From Octopus sinensis (lineage: Eukaryota), in assembly GCF_006345805.1 (NCBI RefSeq), contig NW_021830455.1, positions 1 through 64,000 of the forward strand: a DNA stretch of 64,000 nucleotides, read 5' to 3'. The position numbers were made by a program, and so were the translations under genes. Shown in pieces: positions 52,768 to 64,000 of this stretch (positions are counted from its first letter, which is position 1; each line of letters begins with the position of its first letter). Below the pieces are notes generated by a model, which was not told the DNA's origin, searched no databases, and worked only from the letters and a program-made list of their open reading frames with translations.

Positions 52768-54081
52768 CATATAAACATACAAACATACATACATCTATAT
52801 ACACTCACACAAACACATATATACTTACACACATCCACAGAAACATAAATGCGTAAAACGACACATTGATGCACATATCTGAAAATATAGTCATCAAATA
52901 TTTATCGAGTTGGGTTTTATGGTCTATATATTTCGACATGGGAAGCAATTTGTCTTTTAATCAAAGCAATTATCTACAAAATATCAATTATCTTAAAACC
53001 TGCCTAACCTTTGTACAGTGTAATTTGCGTAAGCTAGCGAAGTATTCGCTGAATAATACGAAGAAGCCTTCAGAAAAATACGCTAATTGTATCATTACAC
53101 TATGTCAAGAGGCTCACTGACAAACCCATGACAGAATCATTAGAGAGACGAATGAGACAGAAGATGAAGTAGAAGAAAGATGCTTCTGAGAACAGCATAC
53201 GTTCGGTGTCTATTAAGTGTTAGATTACCGCACCTCCTACTCCTCCTACGACGCCTCGCAACTATCGTCACCCGCTATTTACACGTTACGTTTATTATAT
53301 ATTATAGTACACTACATAAACATATATATATATATATATAATATATATAATATATTATAATATATATATATATATATATATTTATATGATGTATGTATGT
53401 ATATATGCACGCATGTATGGCCGTGTCTATGTGTGTAAGCATAGAGAAATTGATAATTATGTACGTAGATATATATATTCACATAGCAGAGATATATTAG
53501 TAGGCAAACATGAAGCACATTCAAATATTTACATCTCTATTCACATGCCTACGCAAGTCAACATGTAGTAGTACATGTATGAATGTGTGTATGCGCATGT
53601 GTGTATGTTTATGAACACAAACATGCACATACACACACACACACAGGTATAAATGGATATATACATATGTACATTTATGCATGCATATACATATGTACAT
53701 GTAAGCAGAAATAGGCATGCATATTCATAAATACACATATACACTTATAGCTCAACTGTAAATATATACATTCATATCCACATTCACATTTACGTAAAAC
53801 ACACACACATACACGTATGACTGTGTATATAGACACATATACATACGTTCATAGAGAGACCTATACACCTACATACGCAGATATATATCTCTACGGCTAC
53901 ACACCGATTATGTGTTTATAAATTAAATGCAGTTATTGAGAAACGGATTAATGCATAGGTTGTAATATACGGTGATAGATTAAGACGCTCACCTACGGAG
54001 GTTTCAGATTTAGCCAGAAGGGCGGGAATATCATGGCAGGAGAAGAGTCAAGTGAATCAACCCCAGTCTTCAAATAGAACT

Positions 54082-54250
54082 TAGGAGTGGCTGTGTAGTA
54101 AGTAGCTTGCTTACCAACCACATGGTTCCGGGTTCAGTCCCACTGCGTGCCATCTTGGGCAAATCTCTTCTACTATAGTCTCGGTCTGACCAAAGCCTTG
54201 GAAGTGGATTTGGTAGACGGAAACTGAAAGAAGCCCGTCGTATATAAATA

Positions 54251-54282
<32 letters not shown>

Positions 54283-54531
54283 TATGGGAATGTGTGTGTG
54301 TGTGTGTGTGTGTCTTTGTTTGTGTGTCTGTGTTTGTCCCCCCAACATCTCTTGACAACAGATGCTGGTGTGTTTACGTCCCCGTAACTTAGCGGTTCGG
54401 CAAAAGAGACCGATACTATAATTACTAGGCTTATAAAGAGTAAGTCCTGGGGGTCGATTTCCTCGACTAAATGCGGTGCTCCAGCATGGCCACAGTCAAA
54501 TGACTGAAACAAGTAAAAGAGTAAAAGAGTA
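54082..54531 (+). mobile_element. SINE family A, full length
   Basis: Head, internal (TA)(TG) and GTAAAAGA tail. Confidence 0.95.
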
Positions 54532-55142
54532 ACCAGCGGATACCTTACAAAGAATTATAGTCTTAGAAACGTGGGCATGGGGTCACACTATGGAAATAGA
54601 TATCTTAGTAAACATCGTCTTGAGATGTTGGGTTTCACAAATCCCAAAAGGATGGGAATATTTATGAAATCAATGTAACACGTCATTAATAAAACTGGGG
54701 AAAATGTAGTTTATTCGATATTTTATCCCTTGTACGTATTTACTCACTTTTACACTTTTATCTGACGAGCCAAAGTCTATCGCTATCCAGGGGCGCAAGT
54801 ATTACACACAGAAACAGGCACATACACACACTCACACACAAATGTACGTGTACGTATGTGTCTGTGTATATATATATATGTATGGATTAAAATATGCCTA
54901 CATACATATAAATACACACACCTATACTAACCCGGCACGTGCAATTTGGCATTACAATTATAGATAATATTACGTATACATTTTGTCTATAGACGCAGAT
55001 AAACCAAAGGAAGACATATGTAAATACATCCATCCATGAATACTTGGAAAATGCGTACACAAATATATGTCGACACATACTACTACTACTACTAATAATA
55101 ATAATAATAGCAATAATAATATTAATGATAATAATAATAATG

Positions 55143-55185
<43 letters not shown>

Positions 55186-55378
55186 GAATAATAATAATAA
55201 TATAAACGTACATACATGCATTTATATAAATATATACACACTTATATATATATATATAAATGTAGTCAGACGCTTGTATACATCTGTAAATACATACATA
55301 TATACACAAATGCAGACACACATATATATATATATGCATAGATAAATAGTCACACATATATACATACATACATACATA

Positions 55379-55418
<40 letters not shown>

Positions 55419-55463
55419 ACGGCGATTATAATTAATTTTATTGTATCGCATTTATCTTTTGTG

Positions 55464-55503
<40 letters not shown>

Positions 55504-55538
55504 ATATATATATATATATAATATATATAGGATACATA

Positions 55539-55582
<44 letters not shown>

Positions 55583-55904
55583 ATATGTATATATATATAT
55601 ATATATACATATAGTTATGTATATATGTATATAATTTATACATATATACATACGTGCATACATATATAGATATGTACCTATGGAAGAAGGAATGCGTTAC
55701 CGTTTTGAATCAGAAGAAACTTAATCAAAATTTCGATGCTCGAATTTTACAAATAATTAATTTCCTCCGCTCTAATCTTTAAGAGGACGTTTTAATTAAT
55801 TGCAAATGCGCGAGCGTTTGGGTTGCCATAATGATGGCTAGATGGGGAAAATTATAATTAGAACTTCAAATTAATTAAATGAAGATCAGTCATCAAAACT
55901 GAAA

Positions 55905-55939
<35 letters not shown>

Positions 55940-56569
55940 TAATATAATAATAATAATAATAATAATAATAGTGATATTAATATTAATAATATTATTAATC
56001 AAAATAATATTAATAAGGGGAAAATAAAAATTGTAATAATAAAATGCATTTGAAGAAAGAAAAAAAAAACGAATAATAAGAATAATAATTTGAAGAAAAA
56101 TATACATACAGAAAAGAGTAATAATAATTCCTTTAATTAAATTGCAGGACATTAATTTCAGACTTACGAACAGTTAATAATTGAGAATATGGAATATCAT
56201 AATGGAAAAATAGATGAATTTTTCATACACAACATGATGTTTTTGTGCGAATAAACTGCTCTCACATATACGTACGTCCTATTCACGTACACACATACGC
56301 GTATACGTACATACATTCATAGATTTCCTGCTTAGTATATATATATATATATATAGACATATTCATACAGGCAGACTTTCATTCACACGTGTATACATAC
56401 GTTTATTGCAATCACACAACACACTTGGAAATCATATATGAGTAAGTATATGATTGCGTCTATAAATCATATTTCTGTTAGTGAACGCGTCTACAGTATT
56501 GCAATATACCTTACATATAAATGTTCGTTTCTATTAAGGAACATAATTATTTTCTATTTGGCCTTATGT

Positions 56570-57007
56570 GTGTATGTATATATATACATATTTACGTATA
56601 TACATGTATATACATATATATATGCATATATATACATACGTATATATATACATATATATATGCATATATATATACACATATATAAATATATATATACACA
56701 CATATATATATACATATATATGCACCTATATATATACACACACATATATATACACATGTATACACACATACACTTACATATATATATATATATATATACA
56801 TGCATACATATTTATATATTACATATATATATATATGTATGTATATATGTATGTATATATATATATGTTTGTATGTATATATGTTCGTATATATATATGC
56901 ATGTATAAATATATATGTATGTATATATATATGATTATATATATATATGCACATATATACTGTGTGTATGCATATATATGGTTATGTATAGATTATGTAT
57001 GTGGTAT

Positions 57008-57085
<78 letters not shown>
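56570..57085. repeat. Compound (TA)/(TACA) tract of about 500 bp
   Basis: Direct reading of the sequence. Confidence 0.95.
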
Positions 57086-57087
<2 letters not shown>

Positions 57088-57440
57088 TATTATATTTGAC
57101 ATATTGGCCAATTGACAAAGAAAAGACGGCATTATTTGAAATGCGTTTTAACATACTGTACTGAAGTCAACTTCCTTTTTTCGAATTGAAATTTAATGTT
57201 GGTGTTTAGTTTTGGGTGGAAATGGTTCCCCATGAAGTCCCTCTACAAATGGCTTCTTCACTCCTGACCTCCAAACCTCATATCTATTCATTCGATGCAT
57301 ACTCAGTTATGATTGCTCATTGAATTCGTTGATGACCACCTCCTCTTCTGCTAGTGTAGGCAACACTAGCTCTCGGTCACAGATCCTACACATTAATCAC
57401 TTTATAAATTTATCTCTACAGACTTTATAAATTATCTCTA

Positions 57441-57853
57441 GGCGCAGGAGTGGCTGTGTGGTAAGGAGCTTGCTTACCAACCACATGGTTCCGGGTTCAG
57501 TCCCACTGCGTGGCATCTTGGGCAAGTGTCTTCTGCTATAGCCCCGGGCCGACCAAAGCCTTGTGAGTGTTTGGTAGACGGAAACTGAAAGAAGCCTGTT
57601 CGTATATATGTATATATATATAAGTGTGTGGTGTATATGTTTGTGTGTCTGTGTTTGTCCCCCTACATTGCTTGACAACCGATGCTGGTGTGTTTACTTC
57701 CCCGTAACTTAGCGGTTCGGCAAAAGAGACCGATAGAATAAGTACTAGGCTTACAAAGAATAAGTCCCGGGGTCGATTTGCTCGACTAAAGGCGGTGCTC
57801 CAGCATGGCCGCAGTCAAATGACTGAAACAAGTAAAAGAGTAAAGAGTAAAGA
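57441..57853 (+). mobile_element. SINE family A, near-consensus full length
   Basis: GGCGCAGGAGTGGCTGTGTGG...GTAAAAGAGTAAAGAG. Confidence 0.95.
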
Positions 57854-58177
57854 GAGACTTTCGATAGAAATTGTAGCCTTTACTGATCGGTTACAACGTT
57901 TCGTATTCGAATGCGTCGAATATAAACAATGTGACTGAAGATAGAGAAATTGCCAGTGAGAGTATATGCATATTTCAGGTGTTCTTGCTCTTTTTTCAGT
58001 GCCACAACCAACGGTACGTATCAATAATAAGCAAGGGATGAGAGGAAAGTCCCTCGGTTACGTACATGACTGCTTGCAACAGATAGTATTCAAACAGTAG
58101 CGGATAACTGACCGCCTCGTGTACACATGTGCTGGATGGACCAACATACTAAACATACTGAACTAATATGAAATATT

Positions 58178-58577
58178 GATTTCAAATTTTGGCACAAGGT
58201 CGGCAACATCGACCCTAGTGCCCAACTGGTACTTATTTCATCGATCCGGAAAGGATGAGAGGCAAAGCCGACCTCGAAGGAATTTGAACTCAGAACGTAA
58301 AGACAGGCGGGATACCGCTATTGAAATGTGGAACGTAAATAATTATTTCTTTATTGCCCAGAGGGAACTAAAAATGGAGGGGAGAAACAAGGACAGACAA
58401 ACGGAGTAAGTCGATTACATCGACCAGAGGGCGTAACTGGTACTTATTTAATCGACCCAGAAAGGATGAAAGGCAAAGTCGACCTCGTCGGAATTTGAAC
58501 TCAGAACGTGAAGACGGACAAAATACCACTAGGCATTTCACCCGGCATGCGAATGATTGTGCCAGCTCACCGCTTAT
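58178..58577 (-). mobile_element. Dimeric SINE family B with 17 bp TSD
   Basis: TSD AACTAATATGAAATATT at 58161-58177 and 58578-58594; two GAATTTGAACTCAGAACGT units. Confidence 0.92.
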
Positions 58578-58814
58578 AACTAATATGAAATATTAAATGA
58601 AATCTAGTTTTTGATCCGTACATAATTTATTCACTCCAAAACCACGGATCACAAACCTGACCTCCAGAAATTGAAACTATAGAACTTAAGTATTGATATC
58701 CAAATAACAAATGAAATTTTAATTGATGTTCATTTTAGTCTACGAATGTATGGCCCTTTAAATTTATCTAATATTGATTTACTCTATAAGCACATGAAGA
58801 CGGATAATCGGTAG

Positions 58815-58990
58815 TGTTGTAAGAAGTCGAACAAATGCCTTCCGGCTCTTTACGATCTGTGTTCAAACCTTGCCGAAGTCGACTTTGCCTTTTATAGTTT
58901 CAAGGCCGGTAAATTAAACTACCAGTCAGTTATCAGTGCTGGTATGATCAACATGTAGCCCTCACTCAAGAATTACTGGCCTTGGACACT
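58815..58990 (+). mobile_element. SINE family B, highly diverged
   Basis: GTGTTCAAACCTTGCCGAAGTCGACTTTGCCTTT...TACCAG...TGGCCTTGG. Confidence 0.65.
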
Positions 58991-59339
58991 ACAACGGAGC
59001 TGCGCCTCTTTCAGCGGAATGTCGTAATGTTGGTCACTGAAACGCAATGGAATCTTCATGACTGACTTTATAAGAGAACCAAGTCTTGCGAAAAAAAAAA
59101 AGACAAGAAGAAAAGACAGAAAAACAAATATTGATAAAAGGGGTTAAAAATTAGGAGAAATAAACACGTGATTCTGTCGACTCTAGAAGATGCCTGAGAC
59201 TTTTATTTCATCGGTTCCATGCTGGGTTTGTTTCCTTTGGTGGAATTTCTCTCATTCGACTTCAACGCCAGTGACGTCTTACTTCTTCAATGGTATGCAT
59301 GTCTGTATGCGTGGTAGGCATGTCTCATCATCCTCCTTC

Positions 59340-59553
59340 ACAACATCATCAATAGCCATCATCATTATCATCGTCGTAGTCGTCGACTACATCATTTATC
59401 ATTGTCGTCGTCCACGTCATCATCATTTATCATCATCATCATCATCGTCGACGTCAACGTCCTTATCATCATCATCATCACCATCATCACCACCATCATC
59501 ACTATCACTACAGACATCATCATCATCAATACCATCACTACCAACAACACCGC

Positions 59554-59611
<58 letters not shown>

Positions 59612-59703
59612 GTCATCATCATCATCATCATCATTATCACCATCATCACCACCATCATCACTATCACTACCACCATCATCATCATCAATACCATCACCAC
59701 CAC

Positions 59704-59736
<33 letters not shown>

Positions 59737-59781
59737 TCTCATCATCATCATCATCATCATCGTCGTCGTCGTCTTCATCGC

Positions 59782-59856
<75 letters not shown>

Positions 59857-59918
59857 CATTATAATTGTTATCATCATCATCATCATTATTATTATTATTA
59901 TTATTATTATGATCATCA

Positions 59919-59952
<34 letters not shown>

Positions 59953-59990
59953 CATCATCATTATTATTATTATCATTATTATTACTGCCA
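59340..59990. repeat. (CAT)/(TAT) compound tract with a duplicated internal block
   Basis: CACCATCATCACCACCATCATCACTATCACTAC occurs near 59478 and 59638. Confidence 0.92.
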
Positions 59991-60430
59991 TCATTTCGGT
60001 GGAGACAGTAATGATTAATTCCTGCGAAAAAGAAATATCAAATTAGATAATTATACACGATTATAATTACACTTCGACATATTCTTCGCGTATGTTATAC
60101 AAGAGTTATCCGATATCACCAGCGACCGAGCCTTCCTTTGTCTCTCGCACATTCTGCCTCTACTCTCCCATATAGACTTCGGTAATATTAATGATTTAAC
60201 TAATTACTACTACATCATTCTATAAATTACTGTTGAGATAATTAGAAACACATCTATACATCTTCACACTATACACACACACACACACACACACGGATAT
60301 GCATTTATGTATATTTACATATCATACACATTATATACATATTCATACATACATATATATTCGTATATACATGCATATACATACACACACATACATATAT
60401 ATATATATAATATATATATATATATATACG

Positions 60431-60463
<33 letters not shown>

Positions 60464-61534
60464 TATATATAATATATATATATACATACATATATAGATA
60501 GATATAGATATATATATATACATATATATACATGTATATATATATATATATATAAATACTTATATATATATATTTATATAGATATACATAGATACACACA
60601 TGTATATTTATATATATGTGTGCATATGTGTGTGTGTGTGTGTGTATATGCGGTGGCCAAAAGTCAGAGCCATTAGAGAGTCGGTTTGGCTGAAATGCAT
60701 CTTATCCTGGTTTTGTCTTCGCACTTGCCCTGCTTTTTAGTTCATATCTTGTAGAAGTCATCCTTTTGCATGCGATGAAAAAATGCCATTTCTTAGCGGT
60801 GGATTTCCGAGACTGTTAAGCACTTGCTTAACATAACCTTTCATTATCTGTGGGATTCTTTGCATTGCGACAGCAACCATTGGGACAACGCTGCTGTATT
60901 GGTCCGCGTCGGCTGTGTTTTAAACAACCTGAATGCATTCGGCAACACCCTCGTTGACTCTGTAAGTCAGCTCTAGGTGGGATATTTATTTCTTAGAGAC
61001 ATTGTTATATTTCACTCCTGTATTACGTTCTTAAATGTATGCTTATTAAATAGCAATGATCTGAGGAAATTGTAAACTATTTTCAATAGTGTTATAAACT
61101 GATAATTGATCCGATTTGAAAAACTATAGGTGCTGCCGAAAAACCAAAATATGTTTGAAATCAATATCAGAAATGTTTTCTATTACGTTGAAACTTGTCC
61201 CCGATGGGAATTATGTTTGATTAATGCATTCAATGATTTATTTGCACTTGGCAAAAGGCCAACACCCGTAGGCAAAAGAACTGGCTGAAGTTATTTTGGG
61301 TATATTGTCCGAAACCAGCCCTACAAAAGCAGGCCTATCACCAAAAACATTGCGGCCCTGATCATCCCACAATTCAAATCGGAGAATAAATATTATGATA
61401 CATATTATATATAGTTATTATAGTTATTATATTATGTGCATTCCACAGTAGCTTTCTATCCGTAATTCGCAAAGCCTTTCGGGCTTGTTCATAATAATAT
61501 TATTTATGTAATATATATATATTTTTTGTTGTGA

Positions 61535-61760
61535 CATTTGCCAGAGTTGTCACGTAGTGGGACTGAAACCGGAACCATGTGGTTGGTAATCAATCTACTT
61601 ACCACTCCTGCGCTTGAGCTCAAAATCCTCCGAGGTTGATTTTTGACTTTCATCATTTCGGGTTCATTAAAATAAGTACCAGTTGAACACTAGGGTCGAC
61701 GTAATCGACTTAAACGCTCTCCCGAACTTGCTGACCTCATTACAAAATTTGAAACCAATA
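61535..61760. mobile_element. SINE A head (minus strand, 61535-61615) abutting a SINE B body (plus strand, 61615-61760)
   Basis: GGGACTGAAACCGGAACCATGTGGTTGG...CTCCTGCGC, then GAGCTCAAAATCCTCCGAGGTTGA...TAAGTACCAG...AAAATTTGAAACC. Confidence 0.8.
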
Positions 61761-61764
61761 TATA

Positions 61765-62430
61765 CAGGGTGTCCCAAAAGTCACTGTACACTTTCACTTT
61801 TTTCTATTTTGTTTCAGGTATCTTTCTGAGAGACGCAAGACCATCAGCATTTCAGACCTTAGACTTCGCAGTTTGCCCTTGGATTGCCAACTGACGTTAG
61901 AGCAAGCAACGTAGCAAAAGTGCCGTCTGGCAAGACGTTTTTCAGTCCCTTACCGTAGTTCAGTTTGAGAATGTTTTTGGCCGTCATACAGCTCCAATGC
62001 GTAGCACAATTTATGCTATCCATAGCAAGTTTCTCCAAACAGGATATGCTCTTGACAAGCCACGCAGCTGAAGGCCTGCTACAACCATCACTGATGAAAC
62101 ACCGAACTCCTGAAGCGGGCGTTCGTGTAAAGGAGGACTGCAGTGGGATTTAGCTTGAAAAAAACCTCGATTCACCAATATGCTATCGACTTCAGGTTAT
62201 CCAAAGGCTTCAAGAGGAAGGTTATGATGCTCATGTATGAATCGCTCCTCCAACATTACCAAAACGACTCTCAGCTCTTGGAAAACTTATAGTTCAACGA
62301 TGAGTCATCTTTCGTCTCTCTGGTTGGGTAAAACGACACAATTGTCGAATTTGGGGAAAGTCAAACCAGCAGAATTTCTCGAACACGAACGAATCTCTCT
62401 CCGAAGCTGATGGTATGGTGTGCCATGGGT
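61765..62430 (+). mobile_element. Tc1/mariner transposon (maT/rosa-like), 5' part with decayed transposase
   Basis: TA|CAGGGTGTCCCAAAAGT TIR-like start; frameshifted ...STIYAIHSKFLQTG..LDKPRS*RPATTITDE...FNDES/FRLSGWVKRHNCRIWG.../ERISPKLMVWCAMG, like the SDEAHF.L.G.VN..NCRIW and K..VWCA motifs. Confidence 0.88.
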
Positions 62431-62468
62431 AAGGGAATGAACTCTTCCCAAAACTGCAATGTCTAAAG

Positions 62469-62687
62469 CAGTACTTTTCAAACTTCTTACTGAAGCGGAA
62501 CCCCAAGGAAACATTCCACTGGCTCGAGGAACACATGTGCAATAATTTAATAGTCTTATGCACACATATCTGCACAGGAGAATTAAAAATTACTGTCGAT
62601 TTTAGCAGTTTTGTAACTTCTTGCAGAACCCCTGGACTGTACTGGCGGAACCCTAAAGTTCCGCGGAACCCTGGTTGAAAACCACTG
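62469..62687. mobile_element. hAT (Charlie-like) MITE
   Basis: Termini CAGTACTTTTCAAAC...GGTTGAAAACCACTG; 8 bp TSD GTCTAAAG / GTCTAAGG. Confidence 0.85.
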
Positions 62688-63353
62688 GTCTAAGGTATCA
62701 AATGTTGATAGCCTCACGTCTCTCCGAATAACACCTGAAACGAAATAAGAAAAAGAAAGTGTAGAGTGACTTTTAGGACACGACGTATATTCATTTCACA
62801 ACCCAACGTCAGGAGGCTCCGCAATCTAACTAAGTGTATAATTCAGAAAAAAACATGGTGAAAAAATAAGGGTATGTAGATCACCAGTTGCTTGGGGACA
62901 GAAGTCCGTTTTTCGTTCCAATATTTTAGGCAAACGAGGTAAGAACAAACACTGATAATTTCGTATATAAACTATAAATCTGGTGTCCTAGAGTTTTGCG
63001 GAACCTAAACCATTTCTGCCAGAGGAATACTTTCTCTACGATTAGGAATTAATGATGAGGGCCACATGCAAACATTTACCTCCTTCAAGAGCGCCAATAT
63101 TATTCTTTTTCACTCATTTTCTGTGTATCGATCTCTCATTTACTCTCTTTATTGTATTCATTGCTCTCGCTCTCTCTCTCTTCCGTTCTTTCGCTTTATA
63201 TATGTGTGCGTGCGAACTTGTATGTGTGTGTATCTACTAAATGTTATATTTATATGCGTGTGTGTATGTAGGTAAGTGCGTGAGTATGCATATATATATA
63301 TATAATATATATAAATATATATACACCAATATATACATATACATTATATATAC

Positions 63354-63401
<48 letters not shown>

Positions 63402-63403
63402 AT

Positions 63404-63456
<53 letters not shown>

Positions 63457-63672
63457 ATATATATACATGTATATATATGGCTTGTATGTTTCGTTTCTAT
63501 ATACATTTTTCATATATATGCAATTATAATCATGTATGCATAATCACACATACAGAAGCGCTGGCACACGAACAAATTATACACAAAGAAATATACACAA
63601 ACATACATATGTATGTATTAGTATGTATAAGTATACCAGCGAATACATTATATATATGTGCATATGCATAAA

Positions 63673-63725
<53 letters not shown>

Positions 63726-64000
63726 GAGTGTGTGCGCGTGTGTGTGTATCTGTATATGTATTCCTGTATATTCACTCACGCAACTGTACACACATGACTT
63801 AATCAGTTTTCTGGAAACCATATTGAGAAGTGCTGTTTCGCCAACAACAATACGAAATATTTCCATCTACTCAAATGGCTTTTAAGTTTATATATTTTTT
63901 TTTATTTTCTGTCCTTCTGTTTTCGTTGTTTTATGTTTGTCGTTTACGTGTCTTTATCAATGTATTAATGTACTTCTGGTCTATTTTTTATCCTATTTAT

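Noticed and set aside
54755-54790. CTGACGAGC...GC after a T-rich run, resembling a Penelope pLTR
   Set aside because: No GAAA or helix III downstream; at best a dead relic.
57890-57935. Minus-strand stem plus GAAACGTT resembling a hammerhead 3' half
   Set aside because: The core position reads AUUCGAC and stem I is poor.
60645-61000. TGCGGTGGCCAAAAGT resembling a Tc1 TIR
   Set aside because: No matching right TIR or transposase motif found.
62085-62110. CTGATGAAACACCGAAC
   Set aside because: Lies in transposase coding sequence (ITDE) and has no stems.

Overview
AT-rich eukaryotic DNA with no confidently recognisable host gene. It looks like a gene desert or very large intron, most likely from an octopus (inferred from the SINE families and the extreme simple-repeat load). 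Almost all ORFs in the track are translations of (TA)n, (CA)n, (GATA)n, (TAA)n, (CAT)n or (ACC)n tracts. Supported features: about 20 copies or fragments of one tRNA-derived SINE with an internal microsatellite (family A); about 11 of a second SINE with a Meta-domain-like core (family B, two of them dimers with 14 and 17 bp target-site duplications); a third tRNA-headed family (C); three decayed Tc1/mariner transposases; Tigger-, hAT- and piggyBac-like MITEs; two 3' ends of R4/Dong-like RLE retrotransposons sitting in microsatellites; and a 349 bp foldback. The main result of the hunt is five minimal type I hammerhead-ribozyme folds of the Penelope-like-element kind (palindromic helix III), with four different catalytic-core sequences. 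One is canonical, one has a compensated G3-C8 core (GUGAACA), two are U4C and one is A6U. Two are overlapped by inverted repeats that would compete with the ribozyme fold. All structures were derived by eye; no database search or folding calculation was run.
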